A DNA stretch of 32,000 nucleotides from an uncultured archaeon (GTDB lineage Archaea > Asgardarchaeota > Thorarchaeia > Thorarchaeales > Thorarchaeaceae), in the NCBI GenBank assembly GCA_964354495.1, contig CAYHAA010000012.1:63209-95208 (forward strand), in the 5' to 3' direction. Positions 1 to 8,117 of this stretch are shown in pieces; position 1 is the stretch's first letter; every line of letters starts with the position of its first letter. The position numbers and the translations under genes are program-made. Below the pieces are notes generated by a model, which had not been told where the DNA came from, searched no databases, and was given only the letters and a program-made list of their open reading frames with translations.

Positions 1-1
1 G

Positions 2-151
2 AAGAATACAGTCATCGGAGTAGGAGAGCCCTGCTCCATAATGGAGCCCGAACTGATCAAGAGTGTGTATGGGCCCACAGCTAAGATTGTGGAGTACTCT
101 GGACACAGATACTGTCTAACGCGTGACTCAGGATTTGATCGACATGATTGA
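2..151 (+). CDS. 3' end of a probable metal ABC transporter ATP-binding subunit (ZnuC/MntA-like), partial
   Basis: Open frame from 2 reads KNTVIGVGEPCSIMEPELIKSVYG...FDRHD* (TGA 149-151), resembling the C-terminus of ZnuC-type ATPases. It overlaps the start of the permease. Confidence 0.6.
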   Translation, partial: KNTVIGVGEPCSIMEPELIKSVYGPTAKIVEYSGHRYCLTRDSGFDRHD

Positions 152-1100
152 TATAATTCAGGTCATCTTGACTAGTCCCTTTCTTCAGCGAGCATTGCTT
201 GCAGCTATCCTCATTGCTGTCATAGCTGCGGCAAGTGGAACTTTCCTAGTGTTTAGAGGACTCTCGTTCATGGCTTCCGGAGTCGCTCACGCGGCACTTG
301 GAGGAACTGCACTTGGAATATTCCTTCAAGAATCCGGACTCGTTCCTTGGTTTGATCCTGTTCTTGGAGCGCTGCTATTCAGTGTCCTTGTAGCCATTTT
401 CACAGGATATGCCGGAGAATCTGGTGTCACACAGAAGATGGAGGTTGCAGTTGGTGTATCCTTCGCCCTCTCGATGAGTCTTGCAGTCTTTTTGATGTAC
501 TACATACCTCCCTACAGAGTCCCTCAAATATGGGGATACCTAGTTGGTGATATCCTTCTTCTCAACAACTTTGACATCATCATGCTGACAAGCACAGCCT
601 TTCTCCTTGGAGTAATCACTCTGATGTTCAACAAGGAATTCGTCTATGTCAGCGTGGATATGGAAGGGTCGGTCGCCCATGGTATGAATGCTCGGGGTTA
701 TCATTATCTCATGCTTATCGTTTCGGCTCTAGCCATCGCACTTGCTACCAAAGCAGTAGGTGCGATTCTTGTCTACGCCATACTGGTTGCTCCTGCAGCG
801 GCATCCAATGAGCTTGTAAAGTCAGTCAGAGGGGTGATTTTCTCAGTGTTCATGATTGCCCTTATTGCAGAGCTCGTTGGGATATCAGCTTCATTCGTTG
901 TCTATGTTTCCCCCAGCGCAATTGCCGGCATATTGGCAGCTCTCTCGTATGTTCTTGCTCTCCAAATAAAACGAGTGAGAGACCGATTAAGAACAGAACT
1001 TCCAGAGGTTGAGTTTCGACCAGAGGATGTCACTGAGCCGCTCAATCCGTCCGTTGCCGATGTGCATACGCACAATGATGGGTCATCTCATGATGCATAG
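144..1100 (+). CDS. znuB: Zn/Mn ABC transporter permease (ZnuB/MntB, ABC-3 family)
   Basis: Multi-TM protein with FLVFRGLSFMASGVAHAALGG, YLVGDILLL and KAVGAILVYAILVAPAAAS motifs and a His-containing tail. ATG 144 is preferred over GTG 123 because it couples to the upstream stop. Confidence 0.9.
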   Translation: MIDIIQVILTSPFLQRALLAAILIAVIAAASGTFLVFRGLSFMASGVAHAALGGTALGIFLQESGLVPWFDPVLGALLFSVLVAIFTGYAGESGVTQKMEVAVGVSFALSMSLAVFLMYYIPPYRVPQIWGYLVGDILLLNNFDIIMLTSTAFLLGVITLMFNKEFVYVSVDMEGSVAHGMNARGYHYLMLIVSALAIALATKAVGAILVYAILVAPAAASNELVKSVRGVIFSVFMIALIAELVGISASFVVYVSPSAIAGILAALSYVLALQIKRVRDRLRTELPEVEFRPEDVTEPLNPSVADVHTHNDGSSHDA

Positions 1101-1142
1101 GATTGCATCGTCTATCTCATCATCTTCTGGCCAAAACGAAGA

Positions 1143-1185
1143 CAAGGGTCCAGTCTCTGATTGTGAATCAGGCTGGACGACCTTG
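1143..1185 (+). other. Long imperfect inverted repeat/hairpin downstream of znuB
   Basis: CAAGG/CCTTG, GTCCAGT/GCTGGAC and CTGATT/AATCAG nested around a GTG loop: about 18 bp with two 2-nt bulges. Confidence 0.6.
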
Positions 1186-1199
1186 AGTCTGTCGCTATC

Positions 1200-1207
1200 T
1201 TTAAGAG
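1200..1207 (+). promoter_or_regulatory. Putative TATA box (TTTAAGAG)
   Basis: Lies 50 nt before GTG 1250. The same or a near-identical motif recurs at 25436, 26986 and 27030. Confidence 0.45.
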
Positions 1208-1249
1208 TGATACATTAACCCTCGATTTTCAAGGTCGGAGTGAACAACA

Positions 1250-1648
1250 GTGAGCGATGATGTTCCAGAAAGACGCGAAGTGATACGCTCTACAGTGATT
1301 ACTTTGGTACTCACGGTTGTATTCTTGATTCTAGGATTTACTTTTTGGGTATGGTCCTCGCCTGCCATCATTGAGACCAGCCCGATTGGCATACTCGACG
1401 ATATGAATCCATTTGTCACTATCCTGCTTGAGTCACTCACGATGGTTGGGATATTCATATTCCTCTCGGTCACTGTGATTAACCTGAAGCTCTTCACATC
1501 TGGAGTGAGAGCCGGCTGGTTTGAAGTGATAGTAGTCTTCATTATAGTCACAGCAATGGCTTGGCTCATGTTTGGATCCGCAGTGGGTGCCACCACTACA
1601 CTACTCTCTCTCGGATTCATCGTGTATCTCTATTGGCTCCAACAGTGA
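1250..1648 (+). CDS. Hypothetical membrane protein (about 4 TM helices)
   Basis: 132 aa with four hydrophobic segments and an SD-like GGAGTG upstream; family not recognised. Confidence 0.75.
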   Translation: MSDDVPERREVIRSTVITLVLTVVFLILGFTFWVWSSPAIIETSPIGILDDMNPFVTILLESLTMVGIFIFLSVTVINLKLFTSGVRAGWFEVIVVFIIVTAMAWLMFGSAVGATTTLLSLGFIVYLYWLQQ

Positions 1649-1724
1649 TATCATCAATATCAGTCAGCAGGAAGGGAACCGGTGTTGCTAGGCTGATAGA
1701 CCAGAAGCTTTATGTGGCTAGGTC

Positions 1725-1794
1725 GGGGAATTGCCTTTGAGCCCAGGCAGTATAACAGCTTAGGGCTGACTACAAAGGAGTCTTTACAATCCCC
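1725..1794 (+). ncRNA. Candidate structured RNA/leader upstream of the proteasome operon
   Basis: GGGGA(A)TTG/CAATCCCC, CCTTTG/CAAAGG, AGCCC/GGGCT and AGGC/GCTT form a nested rod within a 220-nt intergenic region. Confidence 0.35.
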
Positions 1795-1869
1795 TGGAAC
1801 TGTCAGGCGATGCCCACTTGTGGGTTCTGGCTTCCGGTGAGTTCTAATGACTACTTGGAGGAATACATT

Positions 1870-2604
1870 GTGTTTGGAATCTCTGGTGCTGGTTATGATA
1901 TGAGTACCAGCATCTTCAGCCCTGATGGGAGAATATTCGCCGCCGAATACGCGAAGAAGGCAGTAGAACAGGGGGCAACTTCGATTGGGGTCCTTGTAAA
2001 CGAGGGGGTCACTCTCGTTACAGAGAAGAGAATCGAACCTCTTCAGGAGCCCGACAGTGTTGAGAAGATAGCAAAGATAGATGACCACATTGGCACAGCT
2101 ACATCGGGTCTGATGGCGGATGCGCGCAGGCTTCTATATGAGGCCAGAATTAAGGCACAATCATACTGGCTCACCTACGAAGAACCTGTTCCTGCAGAGG
2201 TCATTGCTGAACACATATGCAACAAGAAGGCAGAGTTCACTCAGGGCGGTGGTGCCCGACCCTACGGTGTAGCCATGATAATCGGGTCTGTTGACTTTGA
2301 CAACTCACCACGACTCTTTGTGACTGACCCTGTTGGCACGTACTGGGGCTTTCTAGCTGCAGTAATCGGCAAAGGTACGGCAAGGGCAGGCGAATTCCTT
2401 GAGAAGAACTACTCAAGAGAGAAATCACTATCTGACGCAATCAAACTGGCACTTGGTGCACTTCGCGAAGCAACTGAGCGTGACCTCTCAGCGCACAATG
2501 TTGAGATTGCCAAGATACCATTGGCGACACGCAAGTTTGAGAAGCTCTCTCGTGCTGAGATTGACGCGTTTCTGAATCCTCCCAAGCCTGGGAAGAAGCA
2601 TTAG
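1870..2604 (+). CDS. psmA: 20S proteasome alpha subunit
   Basis: GYDxxxxIFSPDGRIFxxEYA, EKIAKIDDHIG, GLMADAR and RPYGVA motifs. GTG 1870 follows GGAGG. Confidence 0.97.
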   Translation: MFGISGAGYDMSTSIFSPDGRIFAAEYAKKAVEQGATSIGVLVNEGVTLVTEKRIEPLQEPDSVEKIAKIDDHIGTATSGLMADARRLLYEARIKAQSYWLTYEEPVPAEVIAEHICNKKAEFTQGGGARPYGVAMIIGSVDFDNSPRLFVTDPVGTYWGFLAAVIGKGTARAGEFLEKNYSREKSLSDAIKLALGALREATERDLSAHNVEIAKIPLATRKFEKLSRAEIDAFLNPPKPGKKH

Positions 2605-2621
2605 GAGTTGACTGCAAATTG

Positions 2622-3347
2622 ATGAGCGGCGGAGATAGGAGAATTGGCGAAACTTGGCTTGATCTTGATGCTGTTGTTGTTAGTCTTAAGAAGGGGCCCA
2701 ATCGGTTTGAGCTGTTTGTTGACCCTGATCTTGCCTTCAAGTACAGACGTGGAGAAGAGGTCCCGCTTGAGGACATACTCAAGTCCTATATTGTATACGA
2801 AGATGCGAGGAGAGGTGACCATGCCTCAGAGAGCCTTTTCGAGGATGCATTTGGATCCTCTGAAATCTTTGAGATTGCTCCTCAGATTATCAAGAAGGGA
2901 GAGTTCAAGCTCACTCACGAGCAGCGAGTTCAGCTTGTGCATGAGAAGACGGAAACCATCGTTAATCACATTGCGAAGCGTGCGATGAACCCTCAGACGG
3001 GCCATCCTCATCCACCTGACAGGATTCGTCAGGCTCTTGAGGAGGCAAAGGTGCAGGTCGACCCTTTCATCAATGTTGATGAACAGATTCCCAACGTGGT
3101 CAAGGCACTGAGAGTCATCATTCCAATATCCTTTGAGAGCGTTAAGCTGCAAATCACCATACCTGCAGCACACTCTGGAAAGGGATACAATTTGGTTTCA
3201 AATGCAGGAGTCATCAAGTCAGAGTCGTGGAATCTCGATGGCTCATGGACCGGTCTGGTTGAGCTTCCTGCCCAGAAGAGACAAGAGCTCTATGACGAGT
3301 TGAATAGGCTGACAAAGGGTCAGATCCGTATTGAAGTTGTTAGATAA
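2622..3347 (+). CDS. sdo1: Ribosome maturation factor SBDS/Sdo1
   Basis: FELFVDPDLA, MNPQTGHPHPPDRI and IIPISFE motifs; canonical position after psmA. Confidence 0.95.
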   Translation: MSGGDRRIGETWLDLDAVVVSLKKGPNRFELFVDPDLAFKYRRGEEVPLEDILKSYIVYEDARRGDHASESLFEDAFGSSEIFEIAPQIIKKGEFKLTHEQRVQLVHEKTETIVNHIAKRAMNPQTGHPHPPDRIRQALEEAKVQVDPFINVDEQIPNVVKALRVIIPISFESVKLQITIPAAHSGKGYNLVSNAGVIKSESWNLDGSWTGLVELPAQKRQELYDELNRLTKGQIRIEVVR

Positions 3348-3405
3348 CTGAATCCCGTTAGAGGAATAATGAAGATTGAAATTAGATTACAGAGGGAACG
3401 AATAA

Positions 3406-4329
3406 TTGGCAATATACTTTCGAAAACGTGAAGTTGTTGTGCCTGGGCAGCTGCTTGCAGAAGGCAGATACAGACCGTCCTATGGCACGTATGACGAAAA
3501 TGGCAAGATCTACTCTACACTTGTTGGATTAGCTGAGCTTAGAGGCAACACTGTCAAGGTTGTTGCGCTGGAGGGTGCTTACATCCCAAAGGAAGGTGAT
3601 TTGGTAGTTGGCATCATCACATCAGTTGCAGGAAATAACTGGAAAGTGGATATCGGTGGTCCCTACGGAGCATCTTTACACGCAAATAATGCGCTGAGAC
3701 GCCCCTACTCCGATGATATTTCCGAGTACATGGATATTGGTGATGTGATAGCCGCTGAAGTGCTTGCTTTTGACAGGCAAATTGGTCCATTCCTCTCAAT
3801 GAAGGGAAGAGGCCTACGAGTCCTAGAAAAAGGGATGCTCCTTGATGTTAGCCCAGCAAAGATACCACGGATTATTGGTAGAAGAGGGTCAATGATTAAC
3901 ATGATTACGGATCACCTGAGGATACAGACAATGGTTGGTCAGAATGGACGCATCTGGATAAGAGCGCCAGATATTGTGTCATTGCGGTTGGCAATCAAAG
4001 CCATCAAGACTATTGAAACTCAGGCACATACATCCAACCTGACTGAAAGAATCAATACGATGCTTGCCGCAGAGGTAGCACAGCTTCGTCCTGCTGCTCC
4101 CTCCAAGAAGGCTGGAAAGAAGACCGAGGGAAAAGCTGGGGCTGAGTTCGCCGAAATCGAGCAATTTGCTGATGAAGGTGATGAAACCGTTGAAGCTGTA
4201 GAGAATGATCGAGATTTGGAACCTGATACGGAGGATTATCCTGACGAGGAATCAGAAACTACAGCTTTTGATGACGCTGAAGATGAATCAGACGATACAG
4301 TTGAAAATGAGGAAGTGAAAAAGAAATGA
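3406..4329 (+). CDS. rrp4: Exosome cap subunit Rrp4 (S1+KH) with long acidic C-terminal tail
   Basis: VVPGQLL, YIPKEGDLVVG, PRIIGRRGSMI and GQNGRIWI motifs; TTG start after an SD. Confidence 0.95.
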   Translation: MAIYFRKREVVVPGQLLAEGRYRPSYGTYDENGKIYSTLVGLAELRGNTVKVVALEGAYIPKEGDLVVGIITSVAGNNWKVDIGGPYGASLHANNALRRPYSDDISEYMDIGDVIAAEVLAFDRQIGPFLSMKGRGLRVLEKGMLLDVSPAKIPRIIGRRGSMINMITDHLRIQTMVGQNGRIWIRAPDIVSLRLAIKAIKTIETQAHTSNLTERINTMLAAEVAQLRPAAPSKKAGKKTEGKAGAEFAEIEQFADEGDETVEAVENDRDLEPDTEDYPDEESETTAFDDAEDESDDTVENEEVKKK

Positions 4330-5144
4330 GTCCAGAAACAAAACCCGATTATCTGATTAGTCCAGAGGGTTTGAGGGTCGATGGTCGACGACCTGATGAG
4401 TTACGACCAGTTGAGCTGAAAGTTGGTGTTTTGAAGCAAGCCGATGGTTCTGCATCAATCCGACAGGGAAAAACATACATCATTGCAGGAGTCTACGGAC
4501 CAAGGGAACTACACCCGAGACATCTTGCACTGAACGATAAAGCATACCTTAGAGTAGTCTACAGGATGGCTACTTTCTCAGTTCCTGACAGAAAGAAGCC
4601 GGCTCCCTCTCGAAGGGAAAAGGAAATCTCAATGGTAATTGCTAATGCGTTGAGTCCTGCACTGTTCTTGGAAGAATTTCCACGTGCAGTGATTGACGTA
4701 TTCATACAAGTCATTCAAGCTGACGGAGGTACCCGCTGTGCATCGATCAACGCTGCATCACTAGCGCTTGCAGATGCAGGAATCCCGATGAGGAGTTTAG
4801 TTCCGGCCGTAGCTGTTGGCAAGGCTGATGGCGTAATCATTGTGGATCTTGGCGATGAGGAAGACAAACATGGTCAGGGAGATGTTCCGATAGCGATTCT
4901 ACCCCCAACTGACGAAATCACACTCCTGCAACAGGATGGTTTCTTCACTCGTGAGGAGCTTCTGGAAGCGATTCAGATGGGTATTAGCTCCTGCAAGTAC
5001 CTGCACGAACTTCAGAAAGACGCTCTGAAGAGAGCATATGTCCGGAAGACCCCCAGCGGCGAGCCTGTTGGAGATGAAGATGAGTTTGAGGACGACCTCG
5101 AAACGGACTTGGGCGAGGCCGACATGCCAGAGGAGGATGAGTGA
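4326..5144 (+). CDS. rrp41: Exosome core subunit Rrp41 (RNase PH fold, catalytic)
   Basis: RVDGRRPDELRP, GVYGPRE and phosphate-binding QADGGTR motifs; ATGA overlap with rrp4. Confidence 0.97.
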   Translation: MSPETKPDYLISPEGLRVDGRRPDELRPVELKVGVLKQADGSASIRQGKTYIIAGVYGPRELHPRHLALNDKAYLRVVYRMATFSVPDRKKPAPSRREKEISMVIANALSPALFLEEFPRAVIDVFIQVIQADGGTRCASINAASLALADAGIPMRSLVPAVAVGKADGVIIVDLGDEEDKHGQGDVPIAILPPTDEITLLQQDGFFTREELLEAIQMGISSCKYLHELQKDALKRAYVRKTPSGEPVGDEDEFEDDLETDLGEADMPEEDE

Positions 5145-5145
5145 A

Positions 5146-5973
5146 ATGAGTGATTTTTCATCTCAAACAATCAGTCACATTGACCGCGAGTTCATAGCTG
5201 AACTTCTTGCAAAGGGAGAGAGACTCGATGGTCGTGCATTCGATCAATATCGTGATATTCAGGTCGAAGCGAATGTTGTACCTGCTAAGGCAGAAGGATC
5301 AGCTCTTGTACGACTCGGCGACACAAGTGTTGTTGCGGGCGTCAAGGTCCTTGTAGGAGAGCCCTATTCTGATGCTCCCGATGAGGGTGTCGTAATGGTG
5401 ACTGCTGAAATGTCTCCAATTGCATCACCCCTATTTGAGCTCGGCCCCCCCAAAGAGGATGCAATTGAACTTGCCAGAATCGTTGACAGAGGTGTACGCG
5501 AGTCGGAGATGATCGATTCGAAGAAGCTCTGTATTCAAAAGGGCAAGAAGGTATACATGGTATTTGCAGATGTCTATCCGCTTGAATATGATGGTAACCT
5601 CATCGATGCATCGTCGATTGCGGTGAATGTTGCTCTGCTGACGACGAAGTTTCCTGAAATGAAGGTTGAAGAGAAGGAGCTTGTCGCTACGGGTAAGATA
5701 CTTCCACTTCCTGTTGCTAACATTGCAGTGGAACATACAATCGTCAAGATTGGCAAACATCTGATTCTGGATCCCACTCTTAAGGAGGAGTTCGTTCAGG
5801 ATTGCCGACTCACCATGGCTATCGACGAGAAGAACAACTTCACTGCTTTCCAGAAAGGCGGAGGAACAGGTGCAATATCACTCGGTTTCATCGAGCAGGC
5901 AATGGACATGGCTCTCGTTGCAGGGAAGGACATTCGCAGGAAGATCGACGAGTCTGTAAAAGCAGTCAAATAA
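5146..5973 (+). CDS. rrp42: Exosome core subunit Rrp42
   Basis: RLDGRAFDQYR, AEGSALVRLGDT, ELARIVDRGVRES and YDGNLIDA motifs. ATG 5146 follows AGGAGG; the ORF-track start at 5038 is over-extended. Confidence 0.96.
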   Translation: MSDFSSQTISHIDREFIAELLAKGERLDGRAFDQYRDIQVEANVVPAKAEGSALVRLGDTSVVAGVKVLVGEPYSDAPDEGVVMVTAEMSPIASPLFELGPPKEDAIELARIVDRGVRESEMIDSKKLCIQKGKKVYMVFADVYPLEYDGNLIDASSIAVNVALLTTKFPEMKVEEKELVATGKILPLPVANIAVEHTIVKIGKHLILDPTLKEEFVQDCRLTMAIDEKNNFTAFQKGGGTGAISLGFIEQAMDMALVAGKDIRRKIDESVKAVK

Positions 5974-5980
5974 GCCTGTG

Positions 5981-6014
5981 GAGGGCTCTAGGTCACTCTT
6001 TGAGCCTTCTTTCT
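5981..6014 (+). terminator. Hairpin plus pyrimidine tract after rrp42
   Basis: GAGGGCTC (5981-88) pairs with GAGCCTTC (6002-09) and is followed by TTTCT. Confidence 0.45.
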
Positions 6015-6117
6015 GCTTACAGACAGATATGCTAATAAGCGATTCATGCGGGCGATTGGTAGGCTCCAGCAGCCACCTCATGTAGTCCATATACGATACT
6101 ATAAGGAGATTATACAA

Positions 6118-6522
6118 TTGGCACGAACCAAGAAGGTCGGGAGCACCGGAAGATTCGGACCACGGTATGGCGCCAAGCTACGAAGGCGAGTCCTTGATAT
6201 AGAGAACAAGGCGAGCGAACCAGTCCGGTGTCCGTCATGTGCAACAAAGGCACTGAAGAGAGAAGCTGCTGGCCTCTGGAAGTGCAATAAGTGCAATCTT
6301 CTATTTGCAGGTGGTGCCTATATTCCCTTCACCGAGCCAGGAAAGGCTTCAAGGAGAGTAATCGCCCAGAGGGTTGCTGGTGACTTTCTCTCGCTTCGCG
6401 AAAACGAAGACATTGAGGATGTTCTTGATTTCTTACCCAATGTCGAAAAGGAAGAGGACGAAGTCATTCTTGATGCTGAAACTGCTTCAACATCAGAGTC
6501 TGAAGACACTGATGACGACTAA
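6118..6522 (+). CDS. rpl37ae: Ribosomal protein eL43 (L37Ae) with acidic C-terminal extension
   Basis: TKKVGSTGRFGPRYG, CPSC...WKCNKC and FAGGAY motifs. TTG 6118 follows AAGGAG. Confidence 0.95.
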   Translation: MARTKKVGSTGRFGPRYGAKLRRRVLDIENKASEPVRCPSCATKALKREAAGLWKCNKCNLLFAGGAYIPFTEPGKASRRVIAQRVAGDFLSLRENEDIEDVLDFLPNVEKEEDEVILDAETASTSESEDTDDD

Positions 6523-6539
6523 TCTCGAGCCGATTCCAG

Positions 6540-7103
6540 TTGCCGAGTCTATTACTTACAACTTCACGGAAGACTTCAAACAGAGTTCGAACTTTCGTTC
6601 GTGATCTGTGTTCAGTTCTACCGGGTGTTGAGCGGTTCAATCGTGGAGGAATGAGCCTCTCTGAACTCACTGCCCGGATAAACCAGAATGGCGCAAAGGC
6701 AGCCATTATTATCTCCATTTGGAAGGGCAACCCTGGTGAGATGACGATTCTCTCAAACGCTGGTCAAGAAGTCATCAACATCAGACTTGACAGTGTTCAC
6801 CTTCGACGCGAGGTCTCTTCTTCTACTTCAACAAGCATTGCGAGAGCCAAGAGTGTGGTCATCAAATCGGAAAGCAGTGAGAGAGCTAAAGCGCTGGCCG
6901 ATGACATTGCATCACTACTGAACCTCAATCTCTCAGAGCAGCTCAATCCCAGTGGAGCATTGACGGAGGATACGCAAAGTTTCATCTGGTTCGAAGACGA
7001 TGACTCAGGAGAGATTCTTTGGACTCACTATGATGCTCATGATGGGCTTGAAATTGGACCAAGGATTCTAGTTTCTACGTTCAGGAGGAAGTGCAACGAG
7101 TGA
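6540..7103 (+). CDS. Brix-domain ribosome biogenesis protein (Imp4-like)
   Basis: LLTTSRKTSNRVRTFVRDL, NRGGMSL and EIGPRI motifs; conserved operon position. Confidence 0.88.
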   Translation: MPSLLLTTSRKTSNRVRTFVRDLCSVLPGVERFNRGGMSLSELTARINQNGAKAAIIISIWKGNPGEMTILSNAGQEVINIRLDSVHLRREVSSSTSTSIARAKSVVIKSESSERAKALADDIASLLNLNLSEQLNPSGALTEDTQSFIWFEDDDSGEILWTHYDAHDGLEIGPRILVSTFRRKCNE

Positions 7104-7384
7104 CCGGTAGTGAAGTCATGAGCAGATCTGTTCTGGAAATACCTCTTGAATCAGAGCAGAAAGCAAGAATTCTATGCTCCGCCCTGACACCTGAAACAGA
7201 GTCAATTCCATCAGAGAGGGCTACGTCTACAGTCACAGTCAATGGCTCTTCTCTGATTGTTAGAATTGAGGCTAATGACCTGACCGCGATGCGTGCGTCC
7301 TTGAACTCCTATGTTGCATGGATCTCTGCATGCATGAGAACACTAGAAGGCATTGACCCGGGGAGTACTGATGCAAAGCCTTAA
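7100..7384 (+). CDS. pcc1: KEOPS complex subunit Pcc1
   Basis: ILCSALTPE and IEANDLTAMRASLNSYVAW motifs. Start is GTG 7100 (GTGA overlap) or ATG 7118. Confidence 0.88.
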   Translation: MTGSEVMSRSVLEIPLESEQKARILCSALTPETESIPSERATSTVTVNGSSLIVRIEANDLTAMRASLNSYVAWISACMRTLEGIDPGSTDAKP

Positions 7385-7446
7385 GTCACCAGTCCGAACG
7401 CGCAGTCTAAGACGGCACTACTGTCGGATTTGGGAGATACAGTATA

Positions 7447-7809
7447 ATGGCTCAGAATATACCTCCAGCATTAGAGCAGGAACTTCAGAAGTTCGATACG
7501 ATGCGCAAGAACCATGAGAATATCGGCACATTGTCACAAGCGCTTCAGTCCGAACTCACTGAGGTGACGGGCACTCTTGAAGAGTTGAAGAAGCAGGCGG
7601 ATGACGTTGTGACTTACAAGGCGGTAGGGCAAGTGATGTTCAAAGTAGATAAACCTACACTCGTTGCGGAACTTGATGATAGACAAAAGACCCTAGAACT
7701 GCGGCTTGCATCCACGAAGAAGCAGCTCGAGAGTCTGACTGGGAAGCTTCAAGAGCTCCAGAACAAGATACAACTTGAACTCTCTAAACAGAATCTTCGA
7801 CTCCAGTGA
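7447..7809 (+). CDS. pfdB: Prefoldin beta subunit
   Basis: Two coiled coils flanking the VTYKAVGQVMFK hairpin; 120 aa. Confidence 0.93.
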   Translation: MAQNIPPALEQELQKFDTMRKNHENIGTLSQALQSELTEVTGTLEELKKQADDVVTYKAVGQVMFKVDKPTLVAELDDRQKTLELRLASTKKQLESLTGKLQELQNKIQLELSKQNLRLQ

Positions 7810-7814
7810 GAGAG

Positions 7815-8117
7815 ATGACTAACATTATCGATATCGGTCTTCCCGATATCTCTGAAGAGATTATTGAGCAGCTGGCTGAGGAATGTGAACGCCAAGTCAC
7901 TGGATTCCTTCTGAAGAGGGTACCCGGGAAGAGCATCGAAGATCTATTCGTCAGCTGCGCTCTAAGCCTGGTTGACCGTCAACTGGATGTTGATATTGGT
8001 ATCGAGATTGGTCAGGGTTTTGACACTGGCATTTTGCTTGATGACGTAATCCAGGCGGCGACCGATTGGGGTGCAGAGTGGCTCGAAAAACAGCTGATGG
8101 AGCTGAAGTCAAAATGA
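7815..8117 (+). CDS. Conserved archaeal protein, DUF3194-like
   Basis: About 100-aa acidic alpha/beta protein at the position after pfdB where DUF3194 usually sits. Confidence 0.6.
   Translation: MTNIIDIGLPDISEEIIEQLAEECERQVTGFLLKRVPGKSIEDLFVSCALSLVDRQLDVDIGIEIGQGFDTGILLDDVIQAATDWGAEWLEKQLMELKSK

Noticed and set aside
1725-1794. tRNA-sized cloverleaf
   Set aside because: No T-loop GTTCRA, no D-loop consensus and no 7-nt anticodon loop; kept only as a candidate structured leader.
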